Shown here: positions 1-12,616 of the stretch, one piece after another
How the letters are laid out: each line of letters starts with the position of its first letter
Position numbering within the stretch: the stretch's first letter is position 1
Position numbers and translations under genes: made by a program
Assembly: GCF_006345805.1 (NCBI RefSeq)
Contig: NC_042997.1
Location: 174,468,001-174,532,000 of the forward strand
Length of the DNA stretch: 64,000 nucleotides
Direction of reading: 5' to 3'
DNA from: Octopus sinensis
Taxonomy: Eukaryota
The notes under the pieces: model-generated
The model's database searches: none
Seen by the model: only the letters and a program-made list of their open reading frames with translations
What the model was told of the DNA's origin: nothing

Positions 1-216
1 GTTTCTGAATGGTGGCGAGACAAAGTGTAGTATTACCTTTGACGTCGCCGACGATGAAATCACTATATAGTCTCTGAAACTGCTAGAAATAGGAGCTAAA
101 TCTCCGTCATAAAACATTTCATTAATTTAATCTTGTGCTTACAAATAGCCCAGAGAATAAAAAATGTGTGAACATGGAGGCGCTGACGTAGCTGTGTGGT
201 AAGAAGTTTGCTTGAA

Positions 217-403
217 GGCGGTGAGCTGGCAGAAACGTTAGCACGCCGGGCGAAATGCGTAGCCGTATTTCGTCTGCCATTACGTTCCGAGTTCAAATTC
301 CGCCGAGGTCGACTTTGTCTTTCATCCTTTCGGGGTCGATAAATTAAGTACCAGTTACGCACTGGGGTCGATATAATTGACTTAATCCATTTGTCTGTCC
401 TTT
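217..403 (+). mobile_element. tRNA-derived SINE family B (head GGCGGYGAGCTGGCAGAA..GAGTTCAAATTCC, central CTTTCATCCTTTCGGGGTCGATAAATTAAGTACCAG)
   Basis: Pol III A/B-box-like head and a central block repeated many times in the window (2568, 7125-7950, 32925, 38640-38815 minus, 40145-40315 minus, 40925, 41158, 41909, 46600, 53905). The central block resembles Nin/Deu-type SINE domains (from memory, unverified). Confidence 0.85.
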
Positions 404-414
404 TCTGTCGAGTT

Positions 415-722
415 GGAGGCACATGGCCGAGTGGTTAGAGCAGCGGACTCGCGGTCGAGGGATCGCGGGTTCGAATCTCAGACCGGGCGATGTGTGTGTT
501 TATGAGAGAAATACCTAAGCTCCACGCGGCTCCGGCAGAAGGTAAAGGCGAACTTCTGCTGACTCTTTCGCCACAACTTTCTCTCACTCATTCCTCCTGC
601 ATCTAGCAGCTCATCTGCGATGGACCAGCGTCCCGTCCAGGTGGGGAACCTATACGCCAAGGAATCCTGAAAGCCGGCCCTTATGAGCCAGGCGTGGCTC
701 GAGAAGGAACAAACAACAACAA
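415..722 (+). mobile_element. tRNA-derived SINE family C with V-domain-like block and (CAA)n tail
   Basis: tRNA-like head TGGCCGAGTGGTTAGAGCAGCGGACTCGCGG..GGGTTCGAATC; block TGCGATGGACCAGCGTCCCGTCCAGG at about 616-641 resembling the V-SINE domain; AACAAC tail. A 3' partial copy lies at 60226-60336. Confidence 0.8.
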
Positions 723-1324
723 TTCAGGCATCACAGTTTTTACCCCTCAGTTTATTTTAATGCCGGTAGGTGCAACTGACCTATCGTTTATCAATTTCAC
801 ACCTAATCCTGGAAATAGTTTCGCCCCCAGTCGATCGGTGAAAATAGTAACCAACGAATCCCTTCCTTCATTTCTTCGTTCCATTTCTGCTTCCTTCCTT
901 ACTTTTTCATTTCTTCCGTGTCCAATTCAATGGTGACTTCACTGACTTGAGAGAGCAAGTGAAATGCATGTGATTTTATGAGGTTTAAACTGACTCACAT
1001 ATTCAACAATTAATATTGTCATCTCGTTGTTCATTTGTTTTACAGACTACAGTGCTAATGAGTGAACAGGTTAAAAACAATGTACCGAGAGTTGCTGGCA
1101 AGCTATTGAGCCTTTTATTGTTTGCTATTATAGACATGGTAATCCAATGCAAAACGGAGCTTCAGAGATTGTAAAAAGTCACGCCATTTCTGAGACAAGA
1201 GTCCACAATTCACATACGCACACACGCACACACGCACGCGCGCATAGATACAGCTACGCACAAAATACTGAGTGTATAGTAAATATACATACATATATAC
1301 ATATATTATAAATATATTATGTAT

Positions 1325-1502
1325 AGGCGTGGTTGTATGGTAAGAAGCTTGTTTCCAAACTACATGGCTACAGTTTCAGTCCTCTGCGTAGCATCTTGGG
1401 CAGCTCTCCATTTCTTTTAGAGATACGTTGTCATCCGCTGGTATTGATACATCAATTAGAAAACTTGTCAGTGGATTTGGTAGACAGAAACTGAAAAAAA
1501 GC

Positions 1503-1510
<8 letters not shown>
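1325..1510 (+). mobile_element. SINE family A, 5' half, interrupted by a 60-bp templated insert
   Basis: Matches the 5' half of the full copy at 3267-3691. Bases 1405-1464 are replaced by a copy of 1791-1850. Confidence 0.75.
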
Positions 1511-1545
<35 letters not shown>

Positions 1546-1770
1546 CAATAATAATTCTCTAAATGAGATATAGACAGTGACTGCTCCATAATATAAGGGA
1601 TATTAGCCAACCGAATATGGCTAGGGACAGGGCAGGGTGGTGGGGGTGTCACTGTTGCATTTAGCCCCAGGCGAACATCAACGCCACCAGATAGGCCTGA
1701 CGCCATCACGGCGTCCTCTATCTTGCAAAGAGAGATAATTCACCAAGAAGCAGATACCACAGTGGTATTT

Positions 1771-2310
1771 GTCTTTGTATTTTGAGAGTTTCTCCATTTC
1801 TTTTAGAGACACGTTGTCATCCGCTGGTATTGATACATCAATTAGAAAACAATTTTTTCTTCATGGTCTCTGACAACTATATCTGGTCAATTGGCCTTAA
1901 TTTCTCTATCTGTGTGTATTGGCATATCCCAGATTATGGTTGATTTCTCGTTTTCTGTGACCTTTTCTGGTGTGTGCCTATACCATCTTTTTTCTGTTGT
2001 TATTCCATAATGTTGGCATAGTTTCCAGTGTATATAGGTCCCAACTCTGTCGTGTCTGTGAATATATTCCTTCTTAGCCAGGACTGGGCAGCCAGAGATA
2101 ATATGATTTATTGTTTCTTGTCCATCTCCACATATTCTGCAGTTACTTGTTATATTTCTTTTCATTACATGTTTTTGGTAATTTCTGGTGGGGAGGCTTT
2201 GGTCTTGTGCTGCTATTAAAAATCCTTCTGTCTCTGCTTTGAGTCCTGAGCTTCTCAACCATTGTTGGGATTTTTCTTTGTCTATTTCTTTTGCATTTAG
2301 TTTTGCATTT
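1771..2310 (-). pseudogene. Non-LTR retrotransposon 3' fragment with CCHC zinc knuckle and restriction-like endonuclease (R4/Dong-like RLE LINE)
   Basis: ORF 1887..2258 reads ...AAQDQSLPTRNY...CRICGDGQETINHIISGC...RHDRV...IIWDMPIHTDREIKAN. It continues past a TGA (R of RPDIV) and a frameshift as PDIVVRD..CFLIDVSIPADDNVSLKEMEKLSKYKD, the PD..D RLE motif. Truncated at both ends and abutting (TAA)n. Confidence 0.85.
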
Positions 2311-2323
2311 ATTATTATTATTA

Positions 2324-2356
<33 letters not shown>

Positions 2357-2640
2357 CATCATTATTATTATTGATATTAATAAGGGATCATCAATCCGGG
2401 CAAAATACTTCTAAGCTCTCTGTTAATAAAACTGCACCAGGATAACAAGGGTTTTCGGTTGGTAGAGCACTCTAGATAATCCTAAAGTGAGATCCGGAGT
2501 CGAAGTCCATCACCAATCGACTTTGTAAATCATTGGTTGCGTTACCAATTTAATATGGTATGTATTCAAGGCGGCGATCTGGCAGAAACGTTAGCACGTC
2601 GGGCGAAATGCTTAGCGGTATTTCGTCTGCCGTTACGTTA

Positions 2641-2895
2641 GGCAGCGGAGGTTTGAAATCGGAGTTTCCCTCTCCTAGTTGGGCTGCCAGTCAAGTCTAT
2701 CGAGTCCCAACTACCCGAAGCAACTGGTTTTAAGGCGCCAGTGACTCGCCTTTGCCACTTCTCCTGTCAGTGGGAACAATTTCGCCGCGGGAAGGCCATG
2801 AGTTGGACTTGACTGTCAGAGGCTATTTGAGACGCACACCGTGGGAGCACTTTGTAGGCAGTGGGAGCTTATCCCCGCTACCACTCCCGGCTATG
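2641..2895 (-). mobile_element. RTE-type LINE 5' UTR fragment
   Basis: The minus strand contains ACTGACAGGAGAAGTGGCAAAGGCGAGTCACTGGCGCCTTAAAACCAG...AGGAGAGGGAAACTCCGATTTCAAACCTCCGCTGCC, a pattern recognised as RTE 5' UTR. It is GC-rich relative to the flanks. Confidence 0.6.
2761..2882 (-). ncRNA. HDV-like ribozyme remnant (P1 3' strand apparently deleted)
   Basis: P2 CUCAUG(2802-2797)/CAGGAG(2766-2761), P3 GCC/GGC around L3 UUCCCGC (2793-2787), J4/2 ACUGA (2771-2767). Only 12 nt separate P3 from J4/2, too few for P1'+J1/4+P4. Confidence 0.5.
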
Positions 2896-3266
2896 AAACA
2901 TTATACCATATATATGTTTCTCTGTGTGTATATGTATGGATGTGTGCGTGTGTGTAACTATGTGTGTATATACATACACTATACCGTAGTATAATACACT
3001 ATACTGTATAACAAATTCGGTGATATGTGATACTGGATGCTATTCACGATAATACGTAAATTTATTAATATTTCCCCTGTGAACAAAGAAGAAACAAATT
3101 AATAATATCATAGTTTCATTTCAGCAAGTAAAACATATGGTGGAAAGGGCATAAAGATATGAGACGAAAGCAAAAAACAATTAAGGCATGTGTACAATGA
3201 AAAAGTAACCAAACGAAAGGGACAGAACTCTAATAAATCGGGCAGAGTAACTTATATTTATATACA

Positions 3267-3431
3267 GGCGCAGGAGTGGCTGTGTGGTAAGTAGCTTGCT
3301 AACCAACCACATGGTTCCGGGTTCAGTCCCACTGCGTGGCATCTTGGGCAAGTGTCTTCTGCTATAGCCCCGGGCCGACCAATGCCTTGTGAGTAGATTT
3401 GGTAGACGGAAACTGAAAGAAGCCTGTCGTA

Positions 3432-3470
<39 letters not shown>

Positions 3471-3691
3471 TTGTGTGTGTTTGTGTGTCTGTGTTTGTCC
3501 CCCTAGCATTGCTTGACAACCGATGCTGGTGTGTTTACGTCCCCGTCACCTAGCGGTTCGGCAAAAGAGACCGATAGAATAAGTACTGGGCTTACAAAGA
3601 ATAAGTCCCGGAGTCGATTTGCTCGACTAAAGGCGGTGCTCCAGCACGGCCGAAGTCAAATGACTGAAACAAGTAAAAGAGTAAAAGAGTA
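3267..3691 (+). mobile_element. SINE family A (tRNA head, CORE-like TTGGGCAAGT block, internal TA/TG microsatellite, (GAGTAAAA)n tail), full length
   Basis: Reference full copy. Near-identical copies occur at 33938-34352 (+), 52713-53120 (+) and 21104-21467 (-). Confidence 0.9.
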
Positions 3692-3961
3692 ATATATTCT
3701 AGGTAGCCAGTTTCATTAATAAATAACTGTTGATTTCTATTTCTTTGTCTATAAAAATGAAATGTGTTTACATGTCACTGAACATACAGGGTTAACTAAA
3801 ATTTATAGATATTTTTTGTAATGCAATATAGCATTGAAACAAATCACCAGTAGCATACTAATTGAAGGAACATCCTAGAATGTATTATATGTGTAAATAA
3901 GTCTGTGTCTCTTCGTGGACGACTAAAAGGGTACTCGGTCACAAGTGCATGAATGTATGTA

Positions 3962-4484
3962 GCATAAATCCTCGAGTATAATACGCATTTTTTCCCCGAA
4001 ATTTAAAGGTCAAAATCCCTAATGCGCACCATATACGAAGTTAAAAATGAAAAATATTTTCTATGCAATGTCTGAGTCTCTGTTTGCTGTCCGGCAATGT
4101 GTATTCAGACGCATTTTGTGATGTCAGGCAGGAAAATACCTTAAGCTAAGCCTGAAAGTTATGAAGTCATAAAAGAATCATCCATAACTTGCAGTAAGCA
4201 ACATTTATTCAACATTTATTCAACATTATTACTGTTATTTCTGTATTTTCTGCAAACAAAATGCACAAAAAAGCTACACGTTTGCATTATGTTATATATA
4301 CAATAATAATAAAGGACATTACCGTATGCATTTTTACAAACAAAGGACGTTATATAGACCTCCTTGACTCAAGTTAGAGAAGGGGTGCGTATTATACACA
4401 AGGTTTAGGTTTTTCAGAGGTACAGCCCCCTAAAAATCCTCTGCGTATTATACTCAAGGGCGGACTATACTCGAGGATTTACGG
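3962..4484. mobile_element. Non-autonomous Tc2/pogo-like DNA transposon (TA target)
   Basis: Terminal inverted repeats (G)CATAAATCCTCGAGTATAAT / CTATACTCGAGGATTTACGG flanked by TA, plus subterminal GCGTATTATAC repeats. No ORF. Confidence 0.7.
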
Positions 4485-4780
4485 TATGTATGTATGTATG
4501 TATGTATGTATGTATGTATGTATGTATATGTGTGTGTGTGTTTATACCTGCATGCACGCATGTATGTATATAGATATGCATGTCTGTTCTATTTTTTGAT
4601 TATTATATATCTTCCACTGAGGAGGGAACTGGTTTCGAGCGAGGAGACTGTATGTATGTATTTGCAGTATTTCAGCCATCTCGTTACGTTCTGGGATCAG
4701 ATTCCGCCCAGATGGATAACATAAGTTACAATCAAGTGTTGAGAACAATGGCATCAATCATGCAGTTAATGTGTGTATGC

Positions 4781-4811
<31 letters not shown>

Positions 4812-5476
4812 TGTGTGCGCGCGTTTGTGTGTGTGTGTGTCAGTGTCTGTGTTCGTGCGTGTGTGTCAGTGTGTATGAGGATGTGTCGTGCCAACAACAC
4901 GCTGCTACGAATCGCTTGTAAATTTGTTCGTCTAATACCTGTGCGTTACCGACTTGTGGAGTTACGTAGAACATCTGTTGTCGCGTGTAGGACGTTTCCG
5001 ACTTTCAGCTGTTTCCTCTGGAAATATCGTCCTGCTTCCAGTTCATGTGGTGGTCAAGATTGAAAGGGCAGAAGACAGACACCTTCCTTTCCGGCTAAAG
5101 CCTTGTCAAATTTTAAAGTTTCACTAGAAAAAGGAAGGCGATGTTGGATAGGTAAGTACTACCTCGCCACAAATTTGTTGAAACGTTGATGAGAGTGACA
5201 GAAGATTGCGCTGGGTATGCGCCTGTGGATTTAAGGAGGAAGATAAAGAGACAACAATTGCCCTAGAGGTCAGGTTGACGGTGGTTTTGTTAGGGTTTTC
5301 ACAGCCAGTTCTTGTTTTTTTTTCCGTTTTTTGTATGCCCTTTTTTCATCTTCGATCTCATTGTTTGTTTATGTCTGACATCCCAGATACGAAACGTCGT
5401 AACAAAAGTCACTGCTGGCTATATATTTCTTTAGATTATAGATAGAGATAAGTTTAACAAGTGAATTTATTTTCTA

Positions 5477-6044
5477 TTGGGTTGTCCGGAAAGTTCACGT
5501 CGATTTTTAAAGGAAAGAAAAAGGTCAATAAATACTTGCCATTACATTTTTAATCAACCAAATAGGAACGAATTTTGTTGCACAATGCGTCTCCATCGTT
5601 TCTTTAACTTGAAAATACCCTTTTCCCAGAATTCAGGTGGTTTCATGACAAAGAATTCATCAAGGCATCTTTTTACGTCATCCAAAGAATTGAAATTTTT
5701 ACCATTAAGACTATTCTGTAGAGACCTGAATCAGTGGAAATCCGAAGGAGCAATATCTGGTGAATATGGAGGGTGGGGTAACACACCCCAGCCGAGCTGC
5801 AGCAATTTTTGTCTGGTTCCTAAAGCATTAAGTGCCGAAAATGAACTTTCTTATCTTCCATTTTAAAGGGTTACAAAATTAACACAGGTTATAGGAACAT
5901 AAACCTTCTTCCACGAAAAGATAGCTTAAACTGTGCTCTAAATGGAGGTGGAGTCAAAATCTTATTTTATGGACTCAATCATGTTCTAAAATAAGTCGAA
6001 AGGTAAGCTACTATAAATCGGCACGAACTTTCTGGACAACCCAA
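5477..6044 (-). mobile_element. Internally deleted mariner (DD34D) element
   Basis: TIRs TTGGGTTGTCCGGAAAGTTC / GAACTTTCTGGACAACCCAA with TA duplication. The minus strand encodes ..PPYSPDIAPSDFH*FRSLQNSLNGKNFNSLDDVK..FWEKGIFKLKKRW, the mariner C-terminus. Confidence 0.9.
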
Positions 6045-6752
6045 TAGTTTGAATATTTTTTGTTTCTTTGTTTCTGTTACTTCATTGTTCAGACGCATTT
6101 ATGTGAACTCACATCATCATGTCGTCTTGTATCTTTCTAAGCAGGCAGAATCATCAGAGCGTCCGAGAAAATGCTCCGTTGTATTTATTCTGACTTTTGC
6201 GTTCAAAGATAAAATCCCGCTAAGGTTTATGTTGCCTTTGATCCTTTAGGATCGATAAAATACGTACTAGTGGATCAGCGGGGGTCGAGTAATCGACTAC
6301 TCCACCCCGCCGCCGCCTCCAGCAAAATTTCAAACTTTGTAGAAATAATAATAATAATCATTATTGAAAGGCAGAATCGTTAGAGTGTAGAGAAAAATTT
6401 CTTGTAGCATTCGTTCCAGTTCTTTACGTTCTGACTTTAAATCTTGCAGAGTTCTGGGGTCGATAAAATATTGTACTCGCCAAGGTGGATGATATCAGCT
6501 AAATCCTTCATTGGCCTTCCATCTAAATCAGAAACAATTGCAAACAGGATTGGCAAGAGTACTTAGGCACCGGAAGTAATACTTCATAGAATTTCTTGCA
6601 GCACTTTAATTTCTGAGTTTGAATACCGTCGAGATCAGCTTTGACTTTTACCATTTCGGGATCAACTACGTACAAGTCAGGTACTGGATTTGATAGTGTT
6701 AACTAACGTCTACCCGCTTAGTGCCAACATTTGAAATCATTATTATAATTAT

Positions 6753-7093
6753 GTGAAGGCGCATGACTTAGTGGTTGGAGCTTCGAGCTTACGATCATGT
6801 GGTTGTGAGCTCGAATCCCGGACCGGGCTGCGTGTTGTGTTCTTGAGCAAGACACATTATTTCACGTTGCTCCAGTTCACTCAGCTTTAGAAATGAGTTG
6901 CAACGTCACAGGTGCCAAGCTATTTTGGCCCTTGCCTTTCCCTTGGATAACACCTGGTGGCGTGGAGAGGGGAGGCCGGTATCCATGGGTGACTGCTGGT
7001 CTTCCATAAACAACCTTGCCCGGACTTGTGCCTGGAAGGGTAACTTTCTAGGTGCAATCCCATGGTCAGTATCGTGACCGAAGGCGGTCTCAG
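6753..7093 (+). mobile_element. tRNA-derived SINE family D with 11-bp target-site duplication
   Basis: Head TGACTTAGTGGTT..GAGCTCGAATCCC and CORE-like CTTGAGCAAGACAC. ATTATAATTAT flanks it at 6742-6752 and 7094-7104. A 5' partial copy is on the minus strand at about 30558-30660. Confidence 0.75.
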
Positions 7094-7124
7094 ATTATAA
7101 TTATTATAATGTGGCAGTACTAAG

Positions 7125-7950
7125 ACGGCGAGCTGGAAGAATCGTTAGCACGCCAGATAAAACTTAGTGGCATTTTGTCCCTTTTCACGCTCTAAGTTCA
7201 AATTGCGCCGATATTGACTTAGTTATTCATTCTTACGAGGTTGATAAATTAAGCACCATTTCAGCATTTAGGTCAATGTAATTAACTATTCCCTCTACCC
7301 GACAGAATTTCAGGCCTTGTACCTACGGCAGATTCGTTATCACACCGAATAGCTAGCTTAGCGGCATTTCTTTCTGTTCATTACGTTCTGAGTTCAAACT
7401 CAGCTGAGGTCGACTTTACCTTTCAACGTTTCAGGGTCAATAAAATAAGCACTAGTCAATTACTTTGACCGATGTAATAGATTTGTTCACTTTCCACAAA
7501 ATCGCTGGCTTTGCACCAAAATTAGAAATTTTGCAGAATCGTTTAAAAGGCGAGGGGAAAACGCATTGCTATATTTAGTTGTGGACTTTCACATTCTGAT
7601 TTCAAGTACGGCCACGATTGACTTTCCCTATTTTTGCTCTAAATTCGATATAATAAAGTTAGAGGCTGGTTTTCTTCAATTTGATCGATTAATCCAGTCA
7701 CCTCGAATATTTTAAACTTGCGCCGATGTGAGAAATCATTAAGGGTGGTGAATGAATACAATTGTCAGATGCCCAACAAAATAATTTGTGGTATCTTTTC
7801 TGGTTCTTTGTATTCCGAGTTCAAATCCAGCCGACATTGACTGTGCTTTTCATTTCTCCGAGCTCGTTAAAAACAGAGGTGTCAAGTCAATGCAATACAC
7901 TGTCTTTCCGCTTCAAAATTGCTTGCCTTTTGCCTAAATTCGAAACAGTT
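7125..7950 (+). mobile_element. Cluster of about four decayed family B SINEs in the same orientation
   Basis: Repeated degenerate GTTCAAAT..CCGA..TTGACT..TTCAT..GTCGATAAA..AGCAC motifs at roughly 200-bp spacing. Confidence 0.6.
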
Positions 7951-7958
7951 ATTAATTT

Positions 7959-7994
<36 letters not shown>

Positions 7995-10900
7995 GGGAGG
8001 AGTAACATTCTCAAAACATATGACCTTATATATTAATTAAGTTTCAGACACAGTCTCTCATTAGTGTACTTTTACGGTAGAAACCAGTTAAAAGGAAAAA
8101 TAAAATAATAATTAATCTTCCCCACTCGGCCGAGTACATACACACCTGCAATTAAACTACAAGTGGGGAGAAACGAATTGAAACTTTAGTATTCAATGAT
8201 TATTTGATCCTAATTATGAAGATATTCAATCTTACTAGAACCGTCTAGAATTTTCTTTTAATTAATGCAATTTAGAGCTTTTGAAATTCTTTTTCGTCTT
8301 CTCTTTCTGTTCACTTCATTTCAGAAATGATTTTAAAACTCCAGTATTGATTTCATCCGATTATGCACAGGAATCTGATATTTCAAAAGAAATAGAACTG
8401 GGAATTTGTAAGCGACATGGAAGTCTAGTGCTAATAGTGTGAAGATGAAGCAAAACAGTTTCAACAGCAAACGGAATTGCATCGTAAGCTTAGCTTCTCT
8501 CAGAGCCTGCGTTATACTCTTATAACAGTAATTAAATAATTAACGAATTAAGCTAAAGTTAATTAATTTTTTGTTTTGTTTTTACTTTTTTTTTAGTCAC
8601 AAAGGTTGATATGGAGAACCCGATTTTAAACTCTTCTTGTTTTATTGTTGTTTATCCACATATCAACACCCCCCCCCCCCCCGGCCGATTAAAAGCGATT
8701 GTTACAAATTACAGCCATGGTCATTACGTCCATCTCTTTCAGAGAGAATAGACCGAGAACTATATTATCTGTAAGGACATTTTCTCTACAAGTCCGCTCT
8801 CAAAGCATTTACCTTTGAGTAGACGAGTCCATCCATATCTATATAAATAGGCACCGCATGTGATTTTTGTTGTTGTTTAATTCTGAGTTTATATAGTTTG
8901 GTTGCTATTCCTAGCATCCCAAGAGACATAGAGGCACATTCCGTTGGCTAGTTTTAAATATAGAATGTTATATGAATTTGTGTATCGTGTTTACTAATTT
9001 TCTTTGTAACATTCCAGCATGAGTGAGTTAAGTACCCCAATCCTTACCATTTCTTTTTTTTCTTTTTTCATACTAGCGTGTTGTGAAAACCTCTTGTATC
9101 ATTTTTGTCGTGGCTTGTAGAATAGAGCCTGCCGCATCAAGGGAACCAATGAGTGAACCGCTACGTAACCACTCGAATTGCTAGAACTGATACTCTACTG
9201 TCTTAAAAAAAAACGCACGAATATATTGGACAAATATGAGCGCTTATGTCAACAATATCAATAAATATATAAATAAATGAAAAGAGATTTGATATGCTTA
9301 GGATCAGGATGGATTCGGGCCCAAACAACAACAGATATAAGAAAAACTATAAGGAGTCATCGAGGATGCTTCTCTCAAATCGCTTGACCTGGAAATAGTA
9401 ACCAAATATCCCTAAAATGACACTCTATTTCTTCAAAGAGAAAGAAATGAGACACTAAATAATATATCCCTCGAAGCATTATTTATTGAAAACTCCACAT
9501 TGTGCCTATTTAATGTGTTGTCCAGAGCATAGTCTTTTAGTGCGGGTTCAACACAAAGAAATGGGGTACCGATAGATGACTCTCACAACTAGCTAAGGTA
9601 GATGATGACACCGTCAGGTAGATATGAAATTTCCCCCTTCCTCCGACATTGTTAGCCTTGTGCCAAAATTTGAAACCGATACCGCATGTGCTGGTTTAAA
9701 AAGCTGGAATCTTACCCTTAAAATATACCATACCTAATGACCTCACTGCATTCTTTGGCATGCACGCCATCAGCTTTGGATCTCTTCTGCACGTCACTTT
9801 ATTTTTATTTTTTTAATAATTTTTATTTCTATTTTATATTTTTAATTATTTATTGTTTCAAGTCTATCTTGATTGAATAAGCATATGATATATAATCAAA
9901 AGTGTTCCTGCTGTCATCATCCTGCTCTTTTGTATAGGAGGGGCTAAATTGTACAATGTGTATTTTATTTTTTTGTAATACAGCATACATGTATATTAAT
10001 ATGGATGTTACTTTAAGGTGGACCCCGCATAGAACAGTAATTCTCAACTAATACACTAACACATTACAAGGGGCATCTACTATATGTTTAGAAATATTGA
10101 CCTTTAGAAAATCCATATTAATGTATAAACGTCTTTAAAAATGTGTTTCTCATAATTTTGTTACATGCAAAAATAATTAATAAACCAAAATAACCAAATC
10201 GTTTCCAATTCATTTTTTGTAAATATTTTTTTCATTTTAAAACATTTCTTTCAAACTTTATACAAAGTGCACCAGTAAATCGTTTTTATTTTAACTCCAG
10301 CATGCCACGAATTTTTTTTTAAAATTGGAAGCGATTGGCGCAAAACATTTCTCATTGATTTGCCTCTAGATTTTACGAGTGACAAAACCAGAGCCGGCCA
10401 AGGATTTTGATCAGTACGCGACAATTGCTGCTTCATGGAGGAATATATTAGATCAGCCCTAGATTCATTAGTGACGGTGAGTGGAATATTCTGAGCTGGT
10501 CTGTGACATTTCCCAAAGGTCTAAGGAAACTTAAACAAGAAAAATCGTTGTAATAGGAAATCGAAACCGAATTTCTGTCTCAGCTTACCGGTGCTCCCCG
10601 CTATAAATCATAGTTTTAATTTCCGTAGTTTGGCATAAGGTCCCAAATATATTTGCTTGTATTTGTATGTATGTATGTATGTATGTGTGGCTGTAAGTGT
10701 GTATAGGATGTGTAAAAGTACATGTGTATGATAATTTGCGTAATTATGCAAATATAAATATATTTAAACATACGTAGATTCATTAATAGTGCGCAAAGAG
10801 TTTTACCACTCACATGCGCACATGCGTATACTCATCCACATATGTGAAGGAAGAAGGAAATAAAAAGAGAGACAGAAAAATAGATGTATAAAAAGTGCAA

Positions 10901-11859
10901 TGTGTATGCAAATATAGAATCACGCTTCTATAACGATCTATACATTCAAACATATACTCATTAGCTCATACAGACAAACGCATATAAGACAAAAAAGGAG
11001 GAAATAGGAAAACAGAAAAGAGACATACACATAGAACGATAGATATATAAAAGGGCTACTATGAATACATACATAGATTCATACTCACATAACAGTACAC
11101 GCATGTATACATATAAATATAAGTACATACAATCGCATAAAAATCTCGCGTCCGCGCACACACACTTACACACACATACACACACACGTTTGCATCTATA
11201 CATATAGAAATGCACGAACACACACAAACGCTTACACACACACACATTTAAGATAGATAGTGTTTAATTACTAAAATTCATGAATATGGATTATATGTGA
11301 GTGAAATATTTCGACTGGAAATATTTGTTGAAAAGCAAAAGCAAAGCCGTGCATTCGGTAGAGGAAAAGAATGCAACGCTACGTAAAACCGATGGAAAGC
11401 AATGTAAAGCTATGGAAAGAACGTCAACAGATCAACATACCGACATAAGATGGACGGATTGTTTGTGGTGTTCTTGTTAACACCTAAGGTATTGAACACT
11501 AATCTTGTCTAATTGAGTTTATAGCATCGATACACGTTTCAAAGCTATACATGTGTGCATAAATGAATAACAAAGTGATAGCAGTCGTGTCAAATTAAGA
11601 CAACAACGATTGCGCAGAGATTGGCAAAAACACTACTCTGCTTCAGCTGACACTATTTTAGTCCCTGTATGACATGAAGGATTTAACAGTAGTTGTCAGA
11701 TCGTAGTTCCATTTTGCGTGATAGTAATCCCCTGCAGAGAGTTTGTTGTTGTGTGTAGACAAGTTTAAATAAGTTGAAATGACGCAACGGTCAAACTATT
11801 CCAGTCTGATTATTAACAAACATCTTTCGATCATGACAAACAAACGTCATGTCACCCAC

Positions 11860-11899
11860 GAATACATACATACATACATATATATATATATGTGCGTAT

Positions 11900-11951
<52 letters not shown>

Positions 11952-12018
11952 ATACATACACACACATATATATAGAGATAGATAGATAGATAGATAGATA
12001 TAGATACATCCATATATA

Positions 12019-12074
<56 letters not shown>

Positions 12075-12075
12075 T
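11860..12075. repeat. Compound (TA)n/(TAGA)n microsatellite
   Basis: Directly visible; explains the YIYI-type ORFs. Confidence 0.95.
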
Positions 12076-12585
12076 AGATATGTACACTCACACATACATT
12101 ACGTATGTTAATCTCTAGTATATTCAGACATTACACAAACACATACAAACATATACAGACAAGCGCGCGACTCCTGCTGCTCTGGGGGACTTCGTCACAC
12201 ACTAAGCCTCATGACACCAGCACCTTCAACTATGCAGTCATGTGCACCCCCCCCCCACCTATTGCTCCGACTACCTTATTGTCTCTGCTGTCTTATTCGG
12301 AGCGGATGAAATGCACAACACATCATCAAGTGTTTACGAGTCAACCAAACTCTATTACAAAGATTAGAAGAGATATCAAAGTCGTGTTGAAATTTATTCC
12401 GGTTAGCCGTAAGCATCAGAAAGTTAAAGTATTTCCCCATATAAGAGAAGTATTTCAACTTCGGTTATATTTTGTAAAGTTCCACATTACGATGCTTGGA
12501 AATTGAGGGTTCTTATCTCTCTGTCTCTCTGTCTCTGTCTCTCTGTCTGTCTGTCTCTGTCTCTCTGTCTGTCTGTCTCTGTCTC

Positions 12586-12616
<31 letters not shown>

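Noticed and set aside
415-487. tRNA gene
   Set aside because: The tRNA-like sequence is the head of a SINE that continues into a body and tail found elsewhere in the window.
4617-4660. CTGAGGA hammerhead core
   Set aside because: There is no GAAA after the hairpin and no stem I or III pairing.
6110-6165. Minus-strand CTGATGA hammerhead core
   Set aside because: It is followed by AGAUAC rather than GAAAC, with no NUH site or stem I.
10371-10477. Plus-strand exon ending in ACG|GTGAGT
   Set aside because: All three frames contain stops from the obvious acceptor, and the short MEEYIRSALDSLVT frame is not recognisable.
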